From contig NW_002060950.1 of NCBI RefSeq assembly GCF_000150275.1, forward strand, positions 1,848,106 through 1,912,105: 64,000 nucleotides of DNA. Direction: 5' to 3'. The number at the start of each line of letters is the position of its first letter. Within the stretch, counting starts at the first letter, position 1. The DNA is from Trichoplax adhaerens. Its lineage: Eukaryota > Animalia > Placozoa. The notes under the pieces are model-generated. The model was not told where the DNA came from. It did not search any database and saw only the letters and a program-made list of their open reading frames with translations. The position numbers and the translations under genes were made by a program. Positions 11,467 to 22,912 of this stretch are shown here, piece by piece.

Positions 11467-14400
11467 TTATGAAGTACTGTGTTGTCTTAATAGCGTACGA
11501 ATATGGCTTAGTAGCTGCTGAATTCGCGGCCGATTACATTCTAGCTTTGCTTTCTGTATATCCAATAACATGTTTATCTGTATACAGATGGAATAAAGAT
11601 AGTAAACAAACGGGTCAACCAAGAAGTGTCTAACTTTGTCCAGTAGCTTATTACTAGTTACGTATATAATTGCAATAAATACTATGACCTAATAATAAAT
11701 TAGATTCTTTAAGTAAAATTCAATAGTGTTTCCTACAAAGAGTTCTTACCTGCTTCAATCGTCCGTCAAGATCGATAACTCTATCATCGTTCGTTTCTTG
11801 CTCTAATCTATTCAGAATATCACGACGAGACTCTATACAGCAGCTATTTGTATGGAAGACAAAAATCATAAATGTAAATTTACTCCATACTATACTGACG
11901 CGATTCAATCAATTAGTAATGATGCATCATAAATGATCAGTTCCATTGCTACCATATGTTCTACTCTGCTTAACACGGTATTTCTCTTATAAAAAAGTAC
12001 CAAAAAATGCTCTAGCTATTAAAAGATTTGCTATAATGCATTACTAATATTTTTTAAAGTTATAATTCATACTTATACTCTAGCTTTAATCTCTCAAAAT
12101 CTTGTAATTCGTCCTTGATTTGTAAGATCTCCCACTGTAGACTTTTATTCTCAGCTCCTTCTTTATTAATAAATTGATATAAACTTGAATCTAATGTCTT
12201 CTGAGACAATTGATTTCCGTATGTTTTCTGCTCAGTAGGGTTTATCTCATAGGGTAGATTCTTGTTTTCTGCTCCTTCATCAATAAATTGATATGAACTT
12301 GAATCTGATTTCTTACGAGATAACTGATCTCTGTCCGTTTTCAGTTTAACAGGGTTTATTGCACGTGGTAGACCCTTATTCTTTGCTCCATCTTTATTAA
12401 CATATTGATATGAACTTGAATCTGATATCTTATGAGACAATTGATCTCGATCTGTTTTCAGTTCAACGGGGTCTAAATAGTCATGTACCGGTACCGGAAT
12501 CTCTTTTATTAGCGGTTGAGGCGTCTTTCGGGGTAAAATATTGGCATCGATTGCATCTAAAGTCCTAACAAGTGCTTCATTCTTGCCCAGATGAGACGGA
12601 ATTCTAGCCACCTTTCTATTTTTAACTGCGGCTAATCTTACTGCTGCAGTTTCATTTGATGCGTTTGAATATTCCGAGTGCAGATAGTCGGGAATTCTGG
12701 GTCTTCGTCGCTTGACTTGTTTATCTCTTAGATACTGCAAAGATGGGAACCTGTAAAAACATTAATTTTATTTTTAGGTCAAACTTCGCCTGGATTATTA
12801 GAAGTTTATAATACTAGTGTTGTATATTTTAGTTATAAGCGATAAAATAACGTACGATTCGGTTACTTCAAGCTTTTCATTCGATGATGTACCTTCTACG
12901 GACGAAAAGTAAAGATTAGCATTTTAACTAATATACGTAACTTTTGTTTTCTTTCTTTCAGAAATGAAAATTACCATCTTCAATAAGTAGAGGAGGTACT
13001 GGAATTGCCGATAGATTTCTAACTGTGGGTTGTTTCGAAAATGTAACATACATCCAATGTCGGGCAAATTTGTATACGACATGATAGATTCGATACAAAC
13101 TCTACAATTATATCAAATAATGATTTATTTTCAGTACAAAGATAAACTTTAAACTGGAGTCACATTATTACATATAATACACATTTTATACGCACTTCAC
13201 TTTCCCTTTTACTAACTGCTAATTTCTTTTGCTGTGCTATTTCATCTCCAATCTAGTCAATTTTTCGTACAAAAATGCTTAATAAAGTAAATATTTAGCA
13301 AGAAACGTATATCTATCCTCTCATTACTGACCCTTAGCCAAGCAACGATTCCGGTCTTTAACAAATATTGTTGTCTCATCTCCGTAGCTTTGGAAAAGCG
13401 AGCTGCTTTGTCTTTCTTATACTTGGTATAGCCAAGCCAAGCTTTAAATGCCTGGATTAGGACATAAAGAAATTAGCGGTATAAATAATGGGTCATAGGA
13501 TGTTCTAATATGTTGACATCTTACGCAGTAGGATTTAGAGGTCGTATAAAATCAGCTTATTAGATTGGAAATTAATTTATATATTAGAACCTTTTTCTGT
13601 AGCATCAATGTCCACTGCCACAATGAGAGAGCAGTAGCTTCTTTTTGATAAATAGACTGGTTGTATTGCTTTTTCCATAACGAGAAATATTTGAAATAGA
13701 TTGTAATGGTATAGTGTACAATCTGTTGCCGTACCATAACCTATATAATTAGTTATTATCGATTCTTTCAGCATGCTGTAATATCTTCGAGATATACTAT
13801 TACTAGAGTACAGCATACTGTTATAATTTGTTAGAGATATGAACGAGTATCAAGTAAATACTGAATCAGTCAAGAAGCGAGGATTATTTACATTGAAAAA
13901 GAAATATAGTACCACTTCCGTATAATGCAATTAAAAAGTTAACAAGTCACTAGCAAGGAAATTTTTCAGCATAAAATCAAATCTAATCAAACCTCTTTCC
14001 GAAAGCATAACTTTACGTATTTATTCCACTTCATAAATGCATTTCTCAGACACTTTCTGTTATCATAATTTACTACAATTTCCATTTTTTGTCTCATCTT
14101 TACAATTTCATTTTTACTGATTCGCCAATGACTAAAGATTCTTGCTAATTTTGCTAATTTAAAGACCAATACATTGGTTTTAACGACGGCTTAATAAATA
14201 TTCTTATATTCAAAGGGCTTAATTTGACGTTTAAAATATATTACTAAGATTACTTACAAGCTTTTAGCTGTATTCGAGCTTCTTCTAGTTTTGTTCGTTG
14301 CATTTGCTTTTCGATTGTACGTTCCGATAAGTAATTGTACCAATTAGATAAAACCTATTGGGATTGGAAATCATTACACATCATACAACCACACAATAGA

Positions 14401-17400
14401 GTCAGTCTATACTAATTAATAAAGCTAAGGCATTAACACATTATGACAATAATACTATCCATATTCATCTTAATACCTTCCTTAGCAAATTCTTATGATA
14501 AATTTTATTACATTCTGTTTCTATCGCTTTCAGTTCTTTTATTGTACGTATAGCTACTCGCCATTGCTTGAATCCATCACTAAATATTACGGTTGAATAT
14601 ATAATTCTTAATTTTGAAATCAAATTAACTATAATTATGTGTTCATACCGAAGTAAAAGTATTCTTTTCGAAGCCGCTAAGTCTGCTACTTTAGTATTGA
14701 TTTCTCCCCATAACACGTTATAAGACTTCAAATTAACAAATGAAAAAGTTTTATATTATTAGATTTAGTGACCTTTAAAGCATATATCTTACATTCCGTT
14801 TGGCGTGCATACCTTCCATTCATCCATTGTTTTCGATAACAAAGCCACAGAATAGTGATGGTTAGCTTTAAAGTACTCCTTATATTTGCGCTTACGTTCT
14901 AAAGTGTACTAGAAAAATGACAATGGTACGTTATCAACAGATACGTAATTTTGTGTAGTAATCACAATCTAGTATTATGTTCCTCATCAGAAATACACTT
15001 ACCTTTATCCAGCCCTTCCAGCATTTAGAAATACATCTTAACCTGTATCGTTTTATAGCTAATTCCATTCGGTGTTTTCTGCAGTAGAAGGACTCATCCA
15101 TGAATCCACTTCCAAAAATAGATTAACGTCAAAATTTAGAATCTCTATACATACCTTGCTAAAAGCATATTTTTCGAATTCCTCCAATGTTGAAATGTTT
15201 GCTTAAGTGCTTTATGATTTCTGATTGATAATGCCAAATCCTGCACGGAAGAATCTTATTTAATTACAAAGCCGTTATAGAAAATATAAAAGTAGTAGTA
15301 CTAAATTAACAACAATGTTATTCTCTATAGCTTTTACATATTTTGCATGTAAGTCCTTCGCTTCATAGGCCGTTCTTTTCCACTTATTAAAAACTGTCGT
15401 TAACATATGTTGCTGATGATGACATATAGCCTATAAATGATTATTTTTTGTATTCCATTAGAAAAGGAAATAAGCCGTACTATCATTTTCTGGGTAGAAT
15501 TTTCTTACCGATTCGAGCATAACTTTGACATCTTGATTAAGGTGATATAATGTTAGCCATTTATAAAACATCTTAGCCTGTAATATTTCGCTTTTAAAAT
15601 AATAAACAATATCTATTTAATTCGATTCTAAATTTACGACTTGATTCAATTTCTAGAAAATGCATAGTCATGTACATACTTATTTAGTCGTATAGCTTCA
15701 ACTTGTCTTTCAAATTTAATGCGCCTTATTTCCACGTACAATTTTAATCTTTGAAAGTACCTTTTCATAACGAAAACAAGGTTGGATCCTCTACTGACAG
15801 AAATCTGTAGCCGAATAGATAGAATTACTCTTACCTCGGTAACGCTTTCAGAATAAAAAATGCTTCAGCCTTAACATATTGTTGCTAGTATAAAATATCA
15901 AGGAGAAATAAATAAGCTGATAAATTGTAAAGTTAAAACTGTTATGTAAAATTGCAGCTTTATATCTAACTTTCCGAGTTCTCTTCCATGAAACATACTG
16001 TCTCCAATGATTCCAAGTCTGCCGTTTGATTCGATTTCTTAACGTCGATAACAAAATATATATAAAATTATGTTAACTACCAATATGAAACAATGACTCT
16101 AGCGGAAGCTAACCGGTATTGATTTCGAGCTAATTTATAAGACGCATAGCGCTTTAAATCGTCCGATTGTTCACAACGTAGTATCCACTTATTCCAATAC
16201 TTTTCTTGCAACTTTCGTATCAATTACAAGCAAAAAAGTACATTAGTTTATCTTGTTCAACTAATTTGTGATTTTTCGTCCTTACGCTATAAGCCATTAT
16301 TTACCAACCTTAAATGCTTGAAAATCATCAGCTTCTATAGTCCGATAGCGATGTAGGCGTTTCTTTACGGCATACAATCTCAAGGCATCGAAAGTAAGTT
16401 TCTGAAAATTTTAATTTGAAATTAGTAATTTAAGGTTGCATTAACTGTAGGCAAACGTCAGTACTACATACCGTAATATGAATTTCATAATGAGTCCAAG
16501 CCTTGCTATGCAGGTCACATTTTCTATGTTTCCGGGCAATATCTATGAAATTGTAGCGTAAAGGTTGCAGTATTAAATTCACAAGACTGAAATCTCAGTT
16601 CGTTGATCAGCTATCTGCTTTTTGATTTAGAAAGGTACAATCGATTACAAAATGTCAAGGTGAAACGTACACAATTTCCAAAGGATAAAGAATCGCCTTT
16701 TAAGGATAGTACATCCAATTGCGCTAATTCTATCAAATCTACTTTTAATATCAAGGCGACGATGCAATCTGGAATACCATATCTTTATAGATTTCCTTAA
16801 AAGTTGCTCACAGTATAGACTGTCGGAGAGTACTAATGAAACAATTTTGTAAAAAGTTCGAGAGAGATTCACAAAAATAATATAGTTAATAAACTGTTGA
16901 TGATATCTAATTACGAACGTTTTAAGCGCTCTTTTCTTCTTCTTTCTTTCAGGTACTGAATCCAGTAATGAAAGCATCGTCTTACTAAGTACCCATTGCG
17001 ATAGCTTCTAGCATATTGTAACTTGATTTTAGTCTGCAGTACTAAAGTCAGTTTGTTTTTCCATAGCAACCATTTCTTGATAAGACGAAATGTTAAATGA
17101 AAGGGGAAAAATATGATCAAAAGTTAGCATTGACATACACTGTACTTGGTAAAATACAAGTGGAATTATAACATTTTTATAAAGTTGTAAAAAAATCGAT
17201 TAGAGTGAGGGATCGAATATTGAGGAACTTACTCTTTTCAAGAGAACTTCTGCCCAGTGGTGCAAGGCGATTAGATTTAAATGGTAATTACTTACAGTAG
17301 TTTTATACGTTGCACACCAATTTTTCCAGTAACGTCTATATTACATTAGACATCAATCAGCATCTAGTATAAACATTGTTACTATAATAGCTTATAATTT

Positions 17401-19994
17401 AGTTTAGGTAATCAATTCTATTAATGAATCACAAACAGTATTACCCTTTTATTTAATATGTAGCATAAATATTACATTGTGATCTTAAATACAATTTAAT
17501 CCAAGAAGTAGTTGTCAATCTGTAAAATGTAGTCATTGAAACAGGAACTACTAATATTCATGTTTTGTACCTTGTCAAATGATGATGCGCTAAATTTATA
17601 GCTGATTCGTTAATTAATTTTTTGCTATTTCTACAATGAATGTACTGCTTCCAATTTATTAGCATTACGGTCATGATCCTTCTTCCATCTAGAGCGGCGG
17701 ATAATCATCAGTGTTATTGCAATAAATCTTTACTATACTTTATTTTGTACTGTAGCTTGTGGAATATAAGCTATTTATTTACTACTATTGTCTCTTACAA
17801 AAATGATCGGCCACTTTATACTTTTGTTGCCTCTGTTTTCTATACAGTACATAGGATTTCCACAATTTAATGCATCTACTCCAGAGTCGGTATCTAAAAG
17901 GTGTACATGAGATATTAATAACTATCATTTATACTTTGGTTGCTAACTAGTTTGTTCATTTCCGTAAAATTTTTAAAGTGAAGGATATAAAAATTGATTG
18001 TTCGTTAACCTGCTATGATAATCAGCTCTAACAATTAATTTCCATTCCTTACACGACGTCCACCAAAATTCTTTCCACTGTTTCATACAAGAAGCTAATA
18101 ATTTATTGTAGTGATGACTCCTATGGTTGGTTGTTTTAAAGGTAAGGCAAATGATATCGTGAAATACATAGCTACGATAAATTATCTAAGCTGTAGGATC
18201 TCTAGATGAAATTGCAAAATAAATGTATGTATATTGATAAGGACATGTACCTTGCCACGCTAGGTCGAATTCTTCCATAAGTAAATCGAATCCATTTATA
18301 AGCAAATTTCCTACAGATAACCCTATAACATTATTTTACAGTATAGCATTAAAAATGATAACTTTGCTGCAAAATTGAATACATAAGATTACACCACATC
18401 ATATCCAGGCTTGATAATATAATGGTTATTGCTTACCTGACTCTTAATGCTCGCAGTTTTTGATCATGATGTTCGATATTTGCAGTGAATTTGACATGTT
18501 TCTTAGTTCTATACCAATTAAAAAACAATCATGATAGGACATATAATCTTTTAGAGTGTAGTTATTTACAGCTAATCAACTACAACTTACTAGGGTAATA
18601 CCATGTAATCTCACGTAGAGTTATGATATTGCAATATTTATAAATTATAGATAATAGTATGTCATGGTTATAATCGAGGTTTACTTTATTGCTTTGGTAT
18701 GTAAAGAGCTCTTGAGCTGCTTTTCACCACCAGTTGATGCTTGTAATATGACTTTAACGTTTTTGACTTCATTGGCTGCTGTTGTTATGTAAAAGGAAAT
18801 AATAAAATAACATGTCATGTCGAGTCATTGCTAAACATATAACATGTTTACAAGGATGGTTGGATTGATTAGGCTCTAACTAATCGAACTTGGATATTTT
18901 TTAAATATATCTAAAAATAATTGTGCTGATAAACAGTTAAACGATCATGTGAATAAGTGATAGTTTTACAGCTAATATTAAAATTTTGAAATCCATTGGC
19001 GTATATTTATCAGAATTGACAGCAGAATAACATCAGGGGTAACTCTATGATCTGCAATGTATACGTATTATACAGAAGATTATTACATATCCAAAAGTTA
19101 ATCATTCAGGAAGCATGCGTGTATAATAATTCTTAGATTAAAAATGTTGTTGATTACGATATAAACAAGTAGCGAAAGGCTTTGAGGCAAAGTACGGTTT
19201 ACTTGTTGCGAAAGATGATCATCAAAGAATGCATACAAGAGGTACTGGTAACACTTTCCAAGCTGGATATGAACAGCGTTATTGGTAAGCGTAAGTAAGC
19301 TCACAGCTCATTGAGCTTTCGAGTGCAGTATCAACTGTTAAAACAGCTAAAATACTCGTGTCTAAATAAGTCAAAATGTACTGAGGCAAAGAATAAATCA
19401 ATAAATAAACGAAACTACTGATATTTTTTGTAATGGTGTATATCTACCAAGGGCAATAGAACTACTACACTTTGCAAATTGGCTAGTACTAGTATGGTGG
19501 ATGCCACGCTTGTTGATCATCATCAACTTCGCTTGTACTCAGCAAATCAAGGTTCATTCAAAAACCTTATTATTCACATGAAATGTAAACAGTTGATTAA
19601 CTATACTGTATTAGTAGAATCGATTTAAGAGTAGCTCCGCTCCGCTCATCTTACTAATGTGCAATTCGATCTCTACTCGCAAATCACTTATCACTGGCTG
19701 CTTTCATAAACTTAAAAAGAGTGAGCTCCTTGTAGACCACAAGCAAAACGACATAGCAGAGTATTGCCATGACTACAGTTGTGATAATCCTCCCTTGGCC
19801 ATTTGAATATTTGAATTGACGAAGAACAACATCGACATACATTTTCGTTTAACGAGTTGTGGTTTCTTCTTTTCCGGCTTTCCTTGTAATCTACGTGAGG
19901 TCTCTAATTTCCTACTTAATGGCTGATCTTTCTCATGTTTTGGGGGATCGGATTTTGGTTCGCTAACAGCATGAAGTTTATTTCCCTTATCCAT
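11467..19994 (-). CDS. SFI1: SFI1-like centrin-binding protein (many short exons)
   Basis: Many exons encode basic helical repeats with periodic Trp (LLASCMKQWKEFW, RQTWNHWRQYV, LRNAFMKWNKYV, LARIFSHWR), typical of Sfi1 repeats. First exon starts at ATG 19994; last exon ends ...RPRIQQLLSHIRTLLRQHSTS* (stop 11467-11469). Not every internal junction was checked. Confidence 0.8.
12123..12470 (-). repeat. Coding tandem repeat, 3 x 38-39 aa, inside one SFI1 exon
   Basis: PVELKTDRDQLSHKISDSSSYQYVNKDGAKNKGLPRAIN / PVKLKTDRDQLSRKKSDSSSYQFIDEGAENKNLPYEIN / PTEQKTYGNQLSQKTLDSSLYQFINKEGAENKSLQWEIL. Confidence 0.9.
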
Positions 19995-20118
19995 GGTTTA
20001 TTACCGCCATTTTCTACGGGTGCAATATACGCCTGCGTCAGCTGACGGCAGCAGCCATACAGTACACTACACTCTAAAGACTAAGCGTAGTAAGTACTGT
20101 ACACTGTGTACTGTACAG

Positions 20119-20468
20119 TACTGCAGCGGAATTATTTTCAATGGCAAAATTAGAGATGAAAATAGAACAGGATTGGCAGCAATTCTCTCATAAAATAGTC
20201 AGTCATAAACTCATGTAGACTCATGTACATAGAGAAGAAGAGCAGAGACGGCTAAAAGTAAAAGGTAGTCCTAGAGTTAAAAAAACCTCTATGAATCTAC
20301 CCTGGCATACTGTACTGCAACAGAATTATTTTCAATGGCAAAATTAGCGATGAAAATAGAATTGGCAGCAATTCTCTATAAAATAGTCAGTCATAAGCTC
20401 ATGCAGACTCATGCACGTAGAGAAGAAGAACAGAGAGCCAGAGATGGCTGAAGAGTAAAAGGTAGTCC
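20119..20468. repeat. ~153-bp direct duplication (20119-20271 and 20313-20468)
   Basis: Both copies run TACTGCA.C.GAATTATTTTCAATGGCAAAATTAG.GATGAAAATAGAA...AAATAGTCAGTCATAA.CTCATG.AGACTCATG...GTAAAAGGTAGTCC. Confidence 0.9.
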
Positions 20469-20539
20469 CTGAAATACAGTACAGTACAGTACTGTACAGT
20501 TTGCCAGGGTAGATCCATAGAGGTTTTTTTTTAACTCTA
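20272..20539. mobile_element. MITE-like element with ~44-bp terminal inverted repeats and TA at both ends
   Basis: Left end TAGAGTTAAAAAAACCTCTATGAATCTACCCTGGCATACTGTAC; reverse complement of right end TAGAGTTAAAAAAAAACCTCTATGGATCTACCCTGGCAAACTGTAC. No recognisable coding content. Confidence 0.6.
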
Positions 20540-20831
20540 TGGAGCAGAGTCCCCGCATTGGAGGCAATTTTGATCCTTCAGAAAGTCATCTAGACCAGAG
20601 ACTTGTAAGAGAAATTCGTATTTCTGTTACAAGTCCCTGCATACACGGTTTGAGTCATACAGGTAGAATTTTTTACTTCTCAACGAAGTATCGCGAGCAT
20701 ACGAAATTGAAAAGTGATTTCAATATATGATCTGTCTGTCAGCCAAACGACAGGATAATAAACTCGTAAACTCGTTCTCCATCAGCTCAATCTGTTCAGT
20801 GTTGATGTCCTTGTTGCAAAGTATCGATGCC

Positions 20832-20889
20832 AATTAGACCTTGAGAAAGGTTCGGTTCGGTTCGGTTCGGTTCAATACCTTGATAGTCT
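20832..20889 (-). repeat. GAACC-array element, copy 2
   Basis: Minus strand reads AGACTATCAAGGTATT(GAACC)5TTTCTCAAGGTCTAATT. Confidence 0.7.
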
Positions 20890-20914
20890 ATTGATTGCCC
20901 ATGTCTTGCAAGCG

Positions 20915-21110
20915 AGTACAGTACAGTATACTGTAGGAATGTACTGAATACACATTGGATCATGTCCACAGACATGCCTAACGTCTTCAGGCCTATACAG
21001 TACAGTAATTTTTCAATGATGAATTCATACAGTACAGTACAGTACCGTACAGTGTACAGTACTTGATAAAATCGTAACAAAGAAAAAGTACTGTACTCTG
21101 TACTGTACCG
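20915..21110. repeat. TACTG/CAGTA array upstream of SNRPG
   Basis: Dense GTACAGTAC/GTACTGTAC units about 150-350 bp before the SNRPG ATG. Confidence 0.7.
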
Positions 21111-21265
21111 CAGTCCATCTCAGCCTACAGTGCAAAGTATCCCCAGCCATTTCAGTGAGCGCGTCTTCCAATTCGAACGACCCACTGTAGCATTTATTCG
21201 TCATTTCCTTCTGAATTTTGCTCGACTTTGCTCATCTATCTGACCGCAATCCATTGAAAATCACC

Positions 21266-22560
21266 ATGAGTAAAGCTCATCCACCAGAATTAAAAAAGTA
21301 AGAACATTTTAATGATCTTAGTAGACTTGGTTATTCATTTCTTTACTAGCTACAAAGTAATACATCATAGAAAAAGTGACATTTTAGCATTGATCATTGT
21401 CTGCTTTGGGACCGTCATCGTTGTTGCAGGTAGTTTGGCCTGATGATAATAGTGAATCAATCAAAGACACACAAATTCCTTTACTATTGCTGTACATGCT
21501 ATCATCAATAGGCCATAGAACAAATTGTTTTTCATTGCAACCAGTAGAGTTGATGTTATCCAAGTGTAATGGATGATATTCACTATATTATTAGTGTAGG
21601 TTGTGTATCGTTACTCCATCAGACAATGCATCTACTGTAGCGTGTCTTGCAGTCCATGTCACTATTCACCACTTGGACTCGAGAACGGTTCCATCTGCTT
21701 TCCACTCTTAATGATAGTAGAAATGTCAAACTGTTCCTATCTTTTCAAATATGAAAACGAAGCTGATCAATGATGTAAATTATATCGCATGTATTAACAT
21801 ACTTTACATCGTGGTGAACTATCAATTCAAATAACTGAGAGCAGCTTCGCTATCAAATTATCACTTACAGACATCACATTAACTGCCGGTTGGTCATGCA
21901 CTTTGCAATGTCTAATATCTTTCTTTTCTCTTTGAACTTGCAGATTTATGGAGAAGCGACTTTCCAGTAAGTTTTACAATAACTAGAGTGATAACTTACG
22001 ATAGTGGTTTTTGCATGGATGAAGTGTATACTATCAAAAAGGCTTAAAATCAACTTGCTGATATTCAATTCTATTATCGTTCATGCAGTACTGTAGACTG
22101 TAGTCAAGTTGATGTACTACTAGAGGACAAGCAATATCGTTTTTGAACTGTCTTATTGTAGCAATGTTAAGAGAATGGTAACATCGTATTAATTGCAATT
22201 TTCTTGATCTAACTATGGTATAATACTCTCTATTCGTTTATACAGTAAAGATAAATGGTAATCGAACGGTAGTTGGTACTTTGCGAGGTTTCGATCCATT
22301 CATGAATATTGTACTAGATGATACTGTGGAGCAGGTATCCAGTAAAGAAAATAATCATCTTGGAATGGTGGTAAGATAAATGACTTGTTGTAACTTGTAT
22401 ACTACTTTTCTACGGTTGTAGTCTGTGATTTTACATATCAAAATATTGTACAAACCATGTAATGTAGTTCATTATTAAGTATGGATATATTCTTTTCATT
22501 AATATCTAGGTAATACGTGGAAATAGCGTAGTCATGATGGAAGTTTTACACAACGCATAG
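21266..22560 (+). CDS. SNRPG: Small nuclear ribonucleoprotein G (SmG)
   Basis: Exons 21266-21297, 21944-21966, 22246-22370 and 22510-22560 give [76 protein letters not shown], with Sm1 and Sm2 motifs. Confidence 0.97.
21758..21849 (+). ncRNA. Candidate intronic box C/D snoRNA (SNRPG intron 1)
   Basis: Terminal stem CGAAGCTG-A-TC / GA-G-CAGCTTCG, box C ATGATGT (21770), C'-like GTGGTGA (21811), box D CTGA (21835). Kink-turn spacing is canonical; about 100 nt upstream of the 3' splice site. Confidence 0.55.
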
Positions 22561-22912
22561 CGAGATGTGTACATACAATGTATAACTTAATAAGATACTG
22601 TCGACAGTCTATTGTAATCGAGAATGATTACCTGTACAGTATTTCTAATTCTCGATTCATCAAGTTAGAACGACTGCTTGTGCAATTTTTACTCGACCTT
22701 GATTGTATGTATTTAGTAATAAAAATATCAGGCTTGCATGATTGAAATGTTGTCATGCAATACCCTGTATGCTGATATGAATATTCCCTAACATATCAAC
22801 CACTGTAATGCACAAGATTAAACTACTGATAAGTTCATTTTTTTGTTACTATCCTTTCTTTACAGTTAAAAAAAAATATATTCACATTTTAGTTATTTAC
22901 AAATAATTAGAA

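Noticed and set aside
17975-17990. ATATCCTT on the minus strand as a U12 AT-AC donor in SFI1
   Set aside because: The exon is already closed in frame by a GT donor near 18009, so the motif lies inside the intron.
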